Source of the DNA: Lama guanicoe
Lineage: Eukaryota
Direction: 5' to 3'
DNA: 64,000 nucleotides
Assembly: GCA_013239625.1 (NCBI GenBank)
Contig: MU056760.1
Location: forward strand, 2,795,493 to 2,859,492
Part shown: one piece after another, positions 25,961 to 40,640 of the stretch
Numbering within the stretch: position 1 is the stretch's first letter
Layout of the letters: each line of letters opens with the position of its first letter
Program-made: the position numbers and the translations under genes
Notes under the pieces: generated by a model
What the model saw: the letters and a program-made list of their open reading frames with translations, nothing else
Databases searched by the model: none
Told to the model about the DNA's origin: nothing

Positions 25961-28900
25961 CCGTTTTTCCGGAATGAAACCCACTTCTTGTAGAACCCCA
26001 CGCTGTGCACAGACTCTGGCTTCGTGGCTGAGGAGTTATACTTTCCAGAGGCGTGTCCGCCTGACTCAGAGAATAGCCTGCTTTTTCCACTCAATTATGT
26101 GTTTTCTATAAAAATAGAACTCTTTATTAAAACTGCACAGCACAGCCGTCAGCTGGAATTACTAATTACTGTCCTTTAAAGACAAAATACCTGCTTTGGT
26201 GCGCTCACCATACCTGCCGCCACCCCCTCCCCCACCTCGGAGGGCTCCCTCGATGGCAATGGTGGGGCACACAGATGGGGCAGCAGGACCAGGAAGAGCG
26301 GAGAGTTTCCACAGGACGCACTGCGGCTTTGCTTCCTTGATTCCTGGTCCTGGGGACCCTACAGCTTTCCAGGCCTCAGTCCTTGTGACTCAGCTTCCTT
26401 CTTCTGTTACCCGACCGAGATTTGTTAAGTGACATTAGGTGAGGCACTGGGCATATAAACATAGGAAAGACATGGTCCCTGCCTGAGTGTAGAGTCTTGT
26501 GGAAAAGACCAGTGGTGATGGAGCGATCTCAGGGTGACAGCTGGCCTCTCCTGATGGGTGGCACCAGGGCTGGCTGCCTTCTACTGCCCTTAGTCCTCCG
26601 ACAGCTGTCTTTGGTGGTGCCATTACTATCCCTGCTTTACAGACAGCCGGTAGAGCTCAGAGGGGCAGGAGCATGTGCTAGGAAGCAGCAGGGCCTGGAA
26701 GTCTACCCACATTGTCTGATGCCAAAGGCCATGTTTCAGCACGACATCCTCCTGTTTGATGGGGCATGAATCAGGGACCAGAGGTGGCTCCCTCTGGTAC
26801 ACAGCAGTTACTGTGTTCAGGTGTTTATTGCTCATGCTGAGTAAATTTTATAGGGAACTTCCTTCAAGGAGCACGGAAGTAAAAATGTGGACCTGCTGTG
26901 CTTGCCACCCACACAGCCCGTGTCCCTCTCTGCAGCCGACTCTGCTCTGCCAGCATCCGCCTGCCACCAAGAGTGGGGTGCTGGGGTGAGGAGCAGGGGC
27001 GAGACACAGGGGGAGATGATTGGAGGCCCTGGGTATGGGAGATGGACAAGGTGACCTCTGACCCCAGGACAGTGCTTGCTTAGCCAGAGTCATTGTTACA
27101 AAAATCCCCCATTTACAAAATACTTTTTTTTTTCAAGTTTTTGGAAAGGCTCATGCTCACACAGTTCTGAGGAGGCCCACCCTAAGGTATTTCCTCTTCA
27201 GAGCAGTGGAAAGAAATGATTTGTCTTGGCCTCAAATGGGAACAGCTCCAAGTCTTAATCCTTTTGACAAATAATTAACAGGCTGATCCTGCCTCAGGAG
27301 TTCAGGCCAGGCAGGGACTGGGAAGAGAGAGAAGAAGGGGCAGGTGCCAGACCCACCCATGCCTCCCCCGGGAACCTCCATCACCAGCCCCTGGCCAGAG
27401 CGATCAGGAAGATTGGCAAAAACCAGTGACCTGCAGCGACACACGAAGACACTGACCTCACTGGTCTCTGTCTTCCTCATGGGAAGAGTGCTGTCCCAGA
27501 TGCAGACAGACAGACTCTGCAGGGCTGAGATAGTTCACAGTTTGGCAGGAGCTGGTTCTGTTTAGGTCCCATGAGCGCCTGTCTGTGGCCCTGAGTGCTG
27601 ACCTGTGCAGGTGACTCTGGAGGTGGCAGGTCCCCACCTTGACCAGAGCACAGTGGTAGATGAGGTGTGTGGTGAGGACGGTGGCTGAGAAAGCACTGAG
27701 CCTGGGTGTAGGGTAGCCGGCGTGGGCTGCCAAGGCTCTGGTGGCAGCCAGGGAGGGCGTGGTCTCTTAGAGGGTGGGCTCGTGGCTGCACCGGGCCTCT
27801 TGCTAGCAACAGGGCACACGTGCCTCAGCCTCTGGACTGTGGAGAGTGCCAGGACCCAGGACTCTCCTCCCCGCATCCCCTGCAGCTGGAACAGAGGTCA
27901 TCGCGTTTACAATGATCTTGCTCCTTCGCCTTCCCCAGAGAGAATAATCACTTTCACATCTGCCTTCAGATGCAATGGCGAGGAGACAAAGGCATTTGGC
28001 CTTAAAAGACCTCCGTGTTTATTCTACCTCTTAAAAAACAGAGAGTGCTTGCAAGAGGGGGTCACAGCTGAGGTTGCTTTGCCCTGATGCGGTTGGCTGT
28101 GGGTCTGTCCATCCTCTCTGATCCTCTTTTCTCAAGCCCATCTTGGGTCCCAGAGGCTATGAGGAGGACCACCAGCCTGGCTGGATAGGCCACGAAGCTC
28201 TGCGGCTTTCTGAGAGCCTGCAGAGGCATCTGGCCTGGACACTGCTCTTAGGAGTCTGCTGGGCCTGCGTTTTTAGAGGAATCTCTTCCTGAAGCCTCGG
28301 GCAGGCCTGTGCTTGAGGGCTTACTACAGCTGTGGGTTTCTCAGCTGCTGCCTCTGGGTCATCACAGTTCATCCTGCAGGAGTCCCTGGGGCAGACAGGG
28401 CGGGAGACTTCACTCCTATTTCACAGGTTTGGAACCTGTGACAAGCCCAGCTGGGCGGCAGCAAAGCTGAGACTGGCTCAGGTTTCTCACTTCGGGGCCA
28501 GAGTCTGTCCACTGAATGACATCCGTGCCGGGTCAGGACAGCAAGGTGGCCATTCCTCCCTGGAATAGCTTTTGTCAGCAGCTTGGAGGGCTGCTAGATT
28601 CCAATATCACAGGCTTTCCTGTCTCAGAGACGTGCCTCTGTTGTGCTTTTGGCTCTGCCTGGGTGGTCGTGCTCTGGGATGAAGACCCCCTAGTCACAAG
28701 AAGCCAGGCACCTCCATGCCATGTCCAGAGCACCCTGTTCCTCCCCAGGTCCTGTGAAATTTTGTTTCTGGGCAGCTTAAAATGGCATCAGCCAGCACTC
28801 TGCTTGTTGGCTGTGTATTTCTGAGGTATCAAGTGAGCAGACGCCTCGCCTGCCTCCTAGCCAGGACCCAGCAGCGGCAAGTGGTGCTGTCAGAAGTCAG

Positions 28901-31900
28901 CTCTGATTTAACTTGGATTGTGAGACCCAGGACATGGCTGGCTGGTTGTCACAACGCACATTTTCACAGTAGTAAGCGGACACCATGTGCTCAGCTCTGT
29001 GCCAGGCCCTGGGAAAGCAAAGAGGACACTGACTGGGAGGGAGGTGGGGCTCTGTCCCACAGGCACTCACCATCCACGTGGGGACACCTGGCAGGACACA
29101 GGACAAGATAAATAGTAATTTAACCATCTACAGTCAGGATTGGCCACAAGCTGTTTCTAGAGTATCTGAATTTGAAAATGCTTGATATGAGCTTATCTTC
29201 ATCATTAAACACATAAGCCTTTGTGGCAAAAAGGAAAAATGTGAGAGGGAGGTAGTAATTAAGTGCTAACTGAAGATTGTCCTGAATATTCCGAGAGGAA
29301 CAGGGTGGTCACACTTCTCAGAGGAGGGCTGGAACTGTTGGATTAAAATAGTAGGTTTTTTAAGTCTCAGAATCCTTTCTTCAGATCACATTTTAGACTC
29401 ATTTAGCATATAAAACAGGTATGGTAGCGGCTGGGCTGGTTGAAGGTGGTGGGCAGCCCAGGCTTGCCGCCTCTATTCCCTATTCCCACTGCCAGCGGCC
29501 TCCCATGGCCCCACCCAGGAAGCGCAGTGTTCTGATGAGGCCATGGCCCGTTATGTGGGCCCCACCAGCCACAGGGCACCCTAGGACTCTGCCAGCCTTC
29601 TCATACCATTATTTAAAGAACTGGACCCACCCATCCTGGTGAATGGGATGGAGGGGGTCTGATTGTCTTAGAAGAGCGGTGTGGAGTGGAGTTGTTTGCT
29701 GACCCCTGTTGCCAGGTGGGAGAGGGTTCAACGGTACATTAGAGGCGTGCTCACTGTGTGCGGATGATCACATCCCCACGACGTAGTATGGGCCACCCTG
29801 GAACGGGGCTGTGTGCAGCCCCCCGTGGGGACACACAGAAAGTCAGGGTGACATCTGGTTAGCAGTTGAGCAGATGTCAGAAGGGAAGGGTGAGCCCCAG
29901 AGGGGCGAAAACGTGAAACAACGCACAGATAAGGCCAGGAGCCTGTCCTGCAGTCCAGGGAGCTGCTGACACCCCGTGAGCAGCGTGCAGGTGCCCAGGG
30001 TCACAGGGAGCGGCGGCAGGAATGGAAGGTAGCACACAAAGGTGTTTGGATTGACGTCACGGACAGTCGGGACAGGGCTCCTTGTTGAGGAAGGTTCTTC
30101 TGGTAGCGCTGAACAGCAAGACCAAGGAAATCTCAGGAACTAGTCTGAAACCTCCCAAGATTTGGGAGTGAAGGATCCGACCAGAGGGTGACAGTTGGAG
30201 TGCTTGCCTCAGCCCAGAAAGGATGTGGCTGGGTTGAGAAATTCCACTCTGGGTCACTCACACTAATGGAATGTCAGCAGCCACGAGGATAAGAAGCCAG
30301 CGTTGGTAGAAGTCACTGTACTGCCAGCTCAGCTTTTTTTGGCCACTTCTGTTCCAGGCACACGGTGTGGTCAGGGATGCAGGGAGCAGAAGCGGAAAGA
30401 GCCCTGGTAGAGAGGGGCTTGCTGAAGAGGAGATGTGTCTGGGGAGATTTGGGACCAGTGGAATGCTGCCGGGCTGGTCCTCCCAAGGAAATGTCCCATG
30501 AGCCATCCCCCAGTCGCCCTGCCCAGGGGCCTTTGCTGTTCTGGCTATAGACTCAGTGTAGACTGAGCGTGGATGTCCCCAGGAAAGGGCTTTTACTTAC
30601 ATCAACACCTACCCTTCCAGCCACAGGGCCCCCCTCCGCCCCCATGCTTCTCTCCCCTCCCCAAACTCCCAACCACATCCCACCCCACCCTCCTTTTCAT
30701 CAAGCACCAGTCCTGGCAAGACCCCTTATCTGTTCTTCCCTTGCACTGAGTCTGATCCAAAAATACAGCACTGGATTCTCTGGGCAGTTTGTCATTTTCA
30801 GCCCTATCACCTTGAAGGCAGAAATTGTCTTCTACTTCATGTTCCTAAAGCAAAGGCTCCTAGTACTTGTGGAGCATTGGACCTTTTGAGCATCTGAGGA
30901 AGTGGAGTGGGGATGGCTGGGCCTGTGTCCCCAGCAGCTCCCACTGGGGTACTGAGACCATGTTCCTGCCCGTGAGGAACACGCTTTCTGCCCTAGGGAT
31001 GTTGTAGGCCAGCGGGACGATTCATTAGTGAATGTTCTAAGAAAGGCACAGGGCATCCTGGGAGTCTGGGAGGGCTTCCTGGGGGAGGTGGGTTGTAAAG
31101 TTGGGCTCTGGGGAATGGATGAAAGTGGAGAGGCGTGGCCATGTGGGGATGGGGGAGGACCCTGTGAGCAGGGGCAGAGGAGGCACATGGCATTTTTGAG
31201 GGAAAATGAGGAAGAAAAATAACACTTGCCCAGAATTTAAACCCTGTCCTCTGAAAAGAGGACCAGGGTAAACTTCATCATATTTATTTTCTACCAGCAA
31301 ATCACAATCTGAGAAAAACATGGTGCGAGAAGAAAGGAATAGTGAGGCCATCAAAGTCCTTTGTGAGGCTGGAGGCCCAAGGCCCTGACTGAGGGGGAAG
31401 GTCAGAGGGGAGAGTGTCCAGATGGAGGCCTGGCCTCCCTATATGGGCCTGCCCCCTGCTGCAGCATCGGTCACGGGGACACACCCTCTCTCCGTGCGGA
31501 ACTCAGCTTTCACAAGGGCCTGTGTGCCACCCTCAGGTGGTCCAGCAGAGCCACCAGGCAGCTGTCAAATTCAGGGCCTGACACATGTAGGTTTGCCCAA
31601 CAGCAGTGCCGGGAATGAATGGGCCTCACTGCTCACCACCCAGTGAGAACCAGGAGTCCCAGCCTCATTTGACCCAGTGCCTCGGACAAGTTCTCTGCAG
31701 GCTGCCTGGATAGCTGGTGTGCGTCGGTGTGGCTGGCAGTCCCTGTGGTAAAAAGACGGCAGTAATTCCATAGTCGTTGGTAAATAGCCACTGCCTTGAC
31801 CCCCCCACCCCAGGACCCCAGACTCCTCGACCACTGAAGGTCTAGCACTTGGCACCACTGCCCATCCAGACCCCGCCCTGGCCCTGGCGAGCCAGCGTTC

Positions 31901-32820
31901 TGTTGGTCTCTGCTGTGAGCTGGGTGAAGGGAGGCAGCTATCAACCAGTCCTGTGGTCCTGCCTCCTGCGAGGACCAGCCCTGTCTTCCCAGCCCCTCTC
32001 AGGGCCACGTCCCCACCATTCTTACCCCAGAGGACTTCAGGTTTTGGGGTTGAAAGAGATTCTGAAGTTGCTGTCTCCCTTTGCACAGTAACTGTGTTCT
32101 TAAACGGTGACTGAATAGAACTGCATGTTGCTTTCATCCTGGTGAATGTATAAGGGTAACCAGCTATTTTAGGCTATTCACTGAAGAATCCTTTGATAAT
32201 ATAAAACCTGACTGTCCTCATGAATCCAGGGTCAGGAAACAAAGTTTGCAGTTCAATTTAGGAGATATTATTTGAGCACCTGTCATGTGCTAGCAAGGTG
32301 GGAGCAGAACTCTGCTCTTTCGTGACCTTTTCACAGTTCCTTGCTGAGCCTCATTCCTTGAGTCAGTTTCCTTCTGCGTCTCTCGTATACAAGGCCCCAT
32401 CGTGGGCCTAGGGGCCGTGTAGGTGAAAAGATTGCCCTGTGTTCAATGAGGATGCTGCAGAGCTGAGGTTGAGGAGGGGAGGGGCAAAGAAAGCAAGACT
32501 GGTAACCACCCTAGACAGTGCTTCAGGGGGTGGGTGGGAAAGTACGTGATCAGGGGACAAATGTGTGAGCGATGTGGACACTGACCAGTGCAGAAGAGTA
32601 CACGTGCTTTGGGAAAGAGGATGGAGAGACTGAGGCACAGAGCACATGATCCAGGGGTGCAGCCAAGGCTGCCCTGCTTGTGGGCATTCTCCCTTCTGAG
32701 GCTTGCAGATGTGGGCTGCTCTGAGGGGGCAGAATCCCTTGGCGTCACACCCTGGGAGGAAAGCCAGAGGACAGGGGGCCCCCTCAGGGACGTTCTGACT
32801 GCTGCTCTCCCTCCCCACAG

Positions 32821-32937
32821 CCTGATGTTCACCAAAGTGAAGCTGGAGCAGGTACTGAAAGGCCCAGAGGAAGCCCTTGTGACCTGCAGACAGATGCTGC
32901 GGCTGTGGCAGACCCTGTACAGCTTCTCCCAGCTGGG
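32821..32937 (+). CDS. TTC7A: TTC7A coding exon 16: (S)[38 protein letters not shown](G)
   Basis: Acceptor ctccccacag|C, donor TGGG|gtgagt; 117 nt; C-terminal part of ORF 32588..32941. Confidence 0.96.
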
Positions 32938-33000
32938 GTGAGTGGCTGGTCACAGTTCCTCGGGTTGCCAGAGGGTGGAGGACAGAGCTGGGAGGCAGTG

Positions 33001-33014
33001 GTTGCCGCGGCAAC
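33001..33014. promoter_or_regulatory. Perfect palindrome GTTGCCGCGGCAAC (X-box-like), 63 nt downstream of exon 16
   Basis: Two perfect GTTGCC half-sites in inverted orientation with a 2-nt spacer. Confidence 0.4.
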
Positions 33015-36000
33015 AGCCCACAGCTGAGTGGTCACGATGCCTGGTGGGCAGGGGTGGTGAGAATGAACGAGAACGTGACCTAACCCTCCTGGGGCCTTTG
33101 ACAGCCCTGGTCTAATTTTACCCTTTTGACGATCTTCTATGAAGGACATAAAGAAGCTGTTTAGGAAACTGAAGTTCAGAGGGGTAGGAAGGAAGAGAAA
33201 TCATTGTTAAGCATCTGAGCCAGCTGCTAGGCCTGTTGTTCTATCTCACCCATCAGCTGCTTTTATCTTATTCACTATCAGATTTTATCCTCACCCCAGA
33301 GAGTAAACTGAGACTCTGAGACCTTATATGATTTGCCAGAGCCACTCACCTGTAAATGGTAGCAGTGGGGCTTGAACCTGGGTCTAGTGAGCTCCAGCCT
33401 GGGAAGCTGTCACTTCTTTCCTGGTTCCATTTGAAAGCTAGGAGAGAAGCAGGAGGAGGAAGCCAAGTTCCTGAGAGCCCTCTCTTCTCTCTACTTACCT
33501 ACTGTTTCCACACATCCTGTCTCCTGCTCCCGTCCCCAGCCTGAGCTTGAGATTTTCCTGGGCCAGAGCGCAGCATCCTTGTCCAGGCTGAATCTGCCGA
33601 AAGTCTGCTCAAACTTCCTGGGATGCCTGGGCTCAGCCTGTGCAGCCCAGAGCAGACGTGGGCCTCCTGTGGGGCAGTGTACTGCCTCTCTCTGGTCCTC
33701 TGGTACCACCCCCTCCCCTTGCTGGGATTGCTGGCTGTGTCATCTCCCCAAGGCCTCCGGAGACCACACTCTCGTGGGTGTTTGCATTTTCACAGGGACT
33801 CTGGGAGCCCAGCAGCCTCTTATAATTCCCAGAGGAATGTCCCTAAAGGTGTGATTTACAGGGGAGGCCCCGAAGTCATCCTTCAGCCCTTTCTTTGCAG
33901 GCCTTTGGGCCTGGAAGATTCCAGGGCCCAGTGGGACCGGTGGGTGGAAACTGCGAGAAGGAGGCTCTGGGGTTGAGGGACTTTTCAGAAAGAAACTGGG
34001 GAACCACCTGGCAGCTGGGTGATGTGAGGGTGAGGGCAGTCTCCAGTGTGAGGGGGACCTGCATTTAGATGCCCCACTGTCTGCCACTCACAGGCTGTGA
34101 CACATCAGGCAGATGCACAGTCTGGCTCCCTTTGGGGAGAGGAGCTGTCCCCAGAGCTGGCAGAGAGCGCCTGTTCGCTGGGTGGCCGGTTGCCTGCTAT
34201 CCACGCGGTCCTGGTGGGACCCCTCTGAGCTGAAGCCTGCTCTCCTGGTGTGTAGGGCTTGGCCTCTGCCTCCCCTCCGGAAGCAGCAGCAGAGCTGTGG
34301 GACTGCCAGCTGCTCTCAGGGTTGGGGCCGTTGGGTTTGTTTAGGGGGATGGTCTTTTCAAGTCACAACCCACACCCTTATCTCTGGGGAATCTCCAGAG
34401 GGCTCAGCCTGGCCGGCCACCTAGAGACAAATTGTTGGGACCAGAGGGTGGGTCCAGTACCTAGCTCTCCTAAGAACAGGTAGCATTCTTTCTAAACCTG
34501 GAGCCCCAGAGCAGAAACTGGGGCTTGTAAAATCTGGTTTAGGGCAGTGAAGGATCAAGGCCAGAGTCCACAGCGTGAAGGTCTGGCCTGCCCTGCCCTA
34601 CCCAGCCGGCCCCACCTGCCACCTTCCTCTGTCTGCCTCCTTCCCATGCTCTGCCTGGGCCAGCCCACACTGGCCCTCGGCGCTGCTCAGATGCTCTCCT
34701 TCGGGGAACCTCCAGCACATCTGGGTCTTTGCTAAATGCTCAACTTGGACTGCCTCCTCTCTTTTCTGTCCAGGTCTTCTGGGTAGGGGCCGAGGACCAG
34801 GTGATGAGAGGTCTTGGAAATGGGCTATTTCTAGAGCCCTAGGAGAGCCCCCTTCGGGGACTGGGCTGGAAGGCAGGAAATATCTGTGGATCCGCTCCAA
34901 GCCGCACGTGTTGGGCACCTGCCCACATTGTCTCGTTTAGTCCTCACAGTGACCTTGTGAGGTTGACATTCTCATGCTCATTAACACCACACAGTAACCA
35001 TGCTAACTTCCAGAAGAGAGAGCTAAGATCTAGAAAGGTTATGTGGCTTTGCTGAGGGTCACACTGTTGAGGAGGGCGGCCCTCAGTCTTTCCCCGGTGT
35101 CCCTGCACGCAGGTGCCTCCCGAGAGTGGGAAGAGAGTGAGAGAGGAAGGGAACCAGCCCTGACCCACTGTGTTTTTGTGGGTGGTTTCCTCTCATGTCC
35201 ATGAAGATGGCTGGGCACCCACAGGCCCAGGTCCAGTATGAACCGGAGTTAGGATGGCAGGGATAACCCCAGCCCTGGCATTCTTTGTGGGGCCATTGTC
35301 TTCATGCTCCCCTGAAAGGAGGAGGCTTTTGGCCCATGGCTGGGCCGGCCTCCTCCTCTCCTGCCCTTTCTGCCTCAGTCCACTAAGCTTCCGCCGTCAG
35401 CAGGTTCAGGGCTGCGGTTCCTCCTGGCAGTGGGCAGGGGCTGCCTGGGGGCTGTATGTGCCCCAGCTGTGCTGCCTCCCTCAGCTGGCGGCTCCCTCAC
35501 GTCCCACTCTTGGCAGAAGAGGAGCCTCCCTAGCAGTGTGGGAGCTGCAGGGACCTGGGGAGTTGGGAGGTGGTGTTAGGATCGCAGTGCTTGTTTATCT
35601 GCCACCCCAGGATCCTCCCCTCTGGCTCCTCCAGGGCCAGCCCAGGGTAGGGGAGCCTGAGGCAGGAGTGGCACATGGGCTTCCATCCCTTGGCGGTGGG
35701 CTGGGGGGGAGGCTGGTCTGCAAAACCAGGCTTTCTTTGGAAGCCAGTCCACAGTGCCTACTGTGTGCCCAGCTCTCTGCTAGACACTGACAGGGCAGAG
35801 AAAGCTAGGAGAGGCCTCCCTCTGGCCTGGGGCAGCTTCTGGCCTCACCCACTTTGGAGGAGGAAATAGAAAGAGAGAGTTTTTCATCTTTGCTGTGCAT
35901 GATGCAGGGTCCACACTGATGGATAGCAGGGAGGGAAGGCAGCATGAGGGCAGGGAAGCTACACAAGGCCTCTATATGGATAAAGGGCCCTCGGACTGGA

Positions 36001-36344
36001 TTCTAAAGGATTGGGGTTTGGGGCGGACCGAGAAAAACAGTGAGAACATTCTTGGTGGCAACAGCGTGAGTAAGCGTGTAGCTTTGGAAACAAATGTGAC
36101 AGTGTAGGGACCTGCGGGGAGACTGATGGCCCCCAGGCACACAGCGGGATGTGTGTGTTTGTAAAGGAGGGGGGAGTAACATCATGCCAGTTTAGCCTCT
36201 GGGGCGAGCCCGATTCTTGAATCCCAGGCCTGAGCTCTGATCTGTCCTGCTGCTCTGCTTCTCTCCCTCCTTCCTAGTGGTTCCGGCTTTGGCTCTGATC
36301 TTGAGCTGGAACTCAGGCTCAGCCCTGGAGCCTGCCTGGTGTAA

Positions 36345-36545
<201 letters not shown>

Positions 36546-37589
36546 TGAGCCCACAGTGCCCTCCCCTCACCCGACCAAACCCACCCTGCCTCTGGCCGGC
36601 TGCTGTCTAAGGGCCTGTTTAGCACAGGCCTTAGGCATCTTTAGGGCTGATCTTGGCGGGACAGCTGCTGGCCCTGGGGCAGGAAGTGGGCAGCTGGAGG
36701 AGGCAAGGGAGGGACCCCACCCCCTGTGTAGGAGGGGGTGAAGAGAATGCGGAGATGGGGGTGGACAGATGGCTGTGGAGCCCAGAAACCGTTTCCCCTT
36801 AGGCTAAAAGCTCAAGGCCAAGGTCTGCTATGATAATGTCCTTAGTAGATCAAGTGGAAAGGAATGGGCTGAGCTTATATTTACAGCTCTAAGCCGGAAG
36901 GTGACTGTTGTTTCCTGGAAAAACTCATCCTAACATCCATGTCTTGTGAAATTCAAAACAAGTTCCAGATCTGCAAACTTACGTGTTTTAACCCAGGACC
37001 TGATTAAAGGGGATACCTTCCTCAGAAACAAAGCAGGAGAATTAGTCACGGGAGTGGAAGCAGGAGGGAGTTGTGTTTGGAAGCATTGCTCATCTTTTCC
37101 ATTTCGGTGGCTGCGATCCAAGTTGCGTCTTCGCTGTCAAGTGATGGAGCTGCTTTCCAAAGCCCGGCCCAGCACCTGCCTTGAGAGGCACGTCTGAGGA
37201 GCGCCAGGCCGGACATGGAGCTGCTGACTCTGAGGACGCAGTGGTGACAGAGGGCGAAGTGCCCTTGCAGTTAGAGAGGGAAGAAACCGGATGGAGTTAT
37301 CAGGACTCCACATACGCTCACCTTATAAACTGAAATTATCTGTGTTTTGCCCCGAGGACTCCTGAGTTTATTGGAGCCGTTACTGCCTCAGAGAGAGAAG
37401 TGCTCGCATTTCACCTGCATGTGGATTGTAAATGTCAACGGCTTTTATATCCTGAACAGGGACCCATGTCATTCAACTGCCATGAGGAGAAATTCTCCAG
37501 GGGGCACAGGATCTGGCCTGAGCTGCTCCCTAAAGATCCTTCTCAGCCCAACCTCAAATGGGACCTTCCTTTAAAGAAGTAACGTACAC

Positions 37590-37885
37590 TTGTGAAAACA
37601 GACAGTAACCATAGAAGACGAAGAAAGGAAAAGCCGTCCATCATTTCACCACCCAGATAAATGGCCTTCAGACTTTCAGAAACATGCTCATATTTTCTTT
37701 TTTATAAAAATGTGATCATACCCTTTTGCAATCTGTTTTTTTCCACTGAACTGTACAATGTCAGCATCTTTCTGCATCGATACCCCTATTTATATGTTAT
37801 TATTTTAATGACTACATAGTCTTAAATGATTACACTCTCTTATTTTTAATCAGTCCCAGTTGGTGGACATTCAGGTCATTTCTGT
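37590..37885 (-). mobile_element. Old L1 (L1ME-like) fragment
   Basis: AT-rich stretch with tttgcaatctgttttttttccact and ttggtggacattcaggtcatttctgtttt. Confidence 0.55.
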
Positions 37886-37955
37886 TTTCAGTATCACAGG
37901 CAGTGATAGAATGCTCACTGTTGCCAACATTCAAGGTTTTTTCCTTAGTGATTGA

Positions 37956-38228
<273 letters not shown>

Positions 38229-40169
38229 TGAAACCCACCTGCCTGCATGCCGCTAGGTTTTTGGAGCTGTGTCCTGTCTTGCGGAAAGGAGTGTGGGGCT
38301 GGGGGGACCCATGGGAAAGATCACACAGGCTGCAGTACTCGTGGAAAGGCCTGGGAATCAGGAACCAGGAGCTCTAATTCCAGCTATTTCTTCTTTGCTT
38401 GGCCGGAGCAAATCACTGAATCTGTCATTTGGCGGGTTTCCTTTTCACTAAATGGTGATAGTGCCTGCCTCCCTGGGAAAGGTTCTCTCATGGCAAATAC
38501 AAGTGTAAGGGGACTTGAGGGAAGGTTGCACAGACATAGTCTTAGTCTCAGAAACAGGCTGCATCCTTCCTCCTTGCCTACCTTCTCCTGAGTAGAAGTA
38601 GTTATAGGACTCAAATCCCAAGAGCTCATGGGGTAGCAAGAGAAGAAGCAATGTGCTGGTCCCCAAGAAAGTGAGGTCTGGTGGTCGAGTTCATTGAAAG
38701 CAGAGGGCTGGTAATAATGGGTCACCATTCAGGTAACAGTCTCTCTTGTTGGCTAATCGGCACCATTGCCACGGTGGAGTTTGAGCATGTTAGTGTCGGG
38801 GAGGCAGGCAGCTTTACAGTCACACGGCTCACTTCCTGCCTGTCCTGATCTAAATGAGCTAGTGCATATCAAGCAGTCAGCACTTAGCAGGTACTTGGCC
38901 AGTGGTGCTGGGCTTCTGTCCTGCCCACTGCAGTGGTGGTGACAGTGACAGCAAAGGCAGAGGGGTACCAACTGCAGTGAGGGTCCTCGGTGCTCGGCTA
39001 AGGGATGCTGAGGAGTGACCCCCAGAAGTGATGGAAAAGTTTAATCCAGTGGTGGTGTGAGAGCCAGATTAGAGTGAAAAGAGAGAATCAAGGCAGAGAT
39101 GTGCCTGAATGAGATAAAATGGCGGCAGCAGCAGGAGAAAGAGAAAGATGATAGGATAAGGGAAATCCTAAAAATGCTCCAGGCCAACATGCCCCCTTGC
39201 TCCTCACCTTTTTTCTGATTACCCTCCTCTCTGCCCCTTCTCCACCAAGTAGGTGGTGCCAAGAATCCCCAAGAGGAGATGGAGAAGAGACTGAGATAGA
39301 TATTCCATTCCTGAGACCTATGGATTTTTCAAGTCAGAGTTAGAATTGCTTGTGACTGAGAATCTAAAGGTTCCCTGCTGCATGGATTTCACATATGGAC
39401 ACATTAGTATGCAGTACGCCCCCACTCTCCCCTCCACAGGTTCTAAATCTAGGGGGAAAAAAATTGGACCAGGATCCACAGAAAGACTAGACTGGGAAGC
39501 ATGTTAATAATGCAGACACTGCCCCAGTTAGCATATCAGGCTCCCTTAGGAGGCTAGGATGTGTGGGGGCTGTGTTTCACGGTCAGCTTGTTGCTTCTGA
39601 AGTAGGAAGAGGAATGTTGAAAAATCCAGAGGGATAACAAACAAGGCCTCCTCTTAGGCAAAGATGCTTCTGTCTCCTTCCAAGACATGCAGCTGGAACA
39701 GCTCTCAGTGGGCACACTGGGCCCCCCCCACCACGGGCCTGGGATGCTGCCCCCACACCGGGGGGCTTGGCCAGCTTCAGGGAATGGATCAGTGTGAGTG
39801 ATTGGTTTCAGAATTGTATGTTGCCTACTCTGGAGCTCCCAAGACCTTTCGTTTTAATGATTTGCCGTGTTTACTGCTCTCAGCAGATGACAGGGTTTCT
39901 GTGTTTCACAAGGCTGCTTGCTTTCTCAGAGATGCTGCTGGATGCTGGGGATGCTAGTATGTGCTGGTGACTCCACGTAAGGTTAAAGGCCTTCCGGAAG
40001 CCCATAATTAGACTTGGGAATTTCAGTATAAACACGCCCTTCAATAATTTGCACATTAACCTCTCTTCTCTGGACATTATCCTGGATGTTTAGCCCACAC
40101 AGAACTCTGAGAACAAATCCAAATGCTTGGAACATGGTGCCAGGGAAAGGTTGGGCAATGTGGCATTAG

Positions 40170-40640
40170 GAGACCGGTTTGGCGGGGGGTGACTAATCCA
40201 AAATAGCAGTGGCTTCTAAAGGTAAATACTTCTTTTTTCTCCTGTAATAATTCAGAGATGGCAGCCTTGGCTGGGATGATGGCACTGCTCTCCTGGTCTG
40301 GAGACCCAGGTTCCTTCTGTTTTGCTGGCTCTGCTCTCACTTGGGTGTCACTCTTGTCCTTGTGATCCAAGGTGGCCCTCCACCACACTCACATTCCAAG
40401 GCATAGCTGGGAAGAGTGGGAGAAGGGGACACCCCCTCCCTAGAAGGACATGTCCTGGAATTTGCATACATCACTTCCCCTCATGATTCATTGGCCAGAA
40501 CTTAGTCACATGACCACACCCAGCTGCAAAGGACTCTGGGAAATGTCATTATTCTGGGTGTCCATATGCCCTGTTAAAAGTTAGGGTATCTGTCATTACA
40601 GAAGGAAGGAGGGATCAACTGGTGAACAGTTGCCACAGCC
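40170..40640. mobile_element. MLT1-family MaLR solo LTR
   Basis: cacttcccctcatgattcattggccagaacttagtcacatgaccacacccagctgcaaaggactctgggaaatg and gacccaggttccttctgt. Confidence 0.75.
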
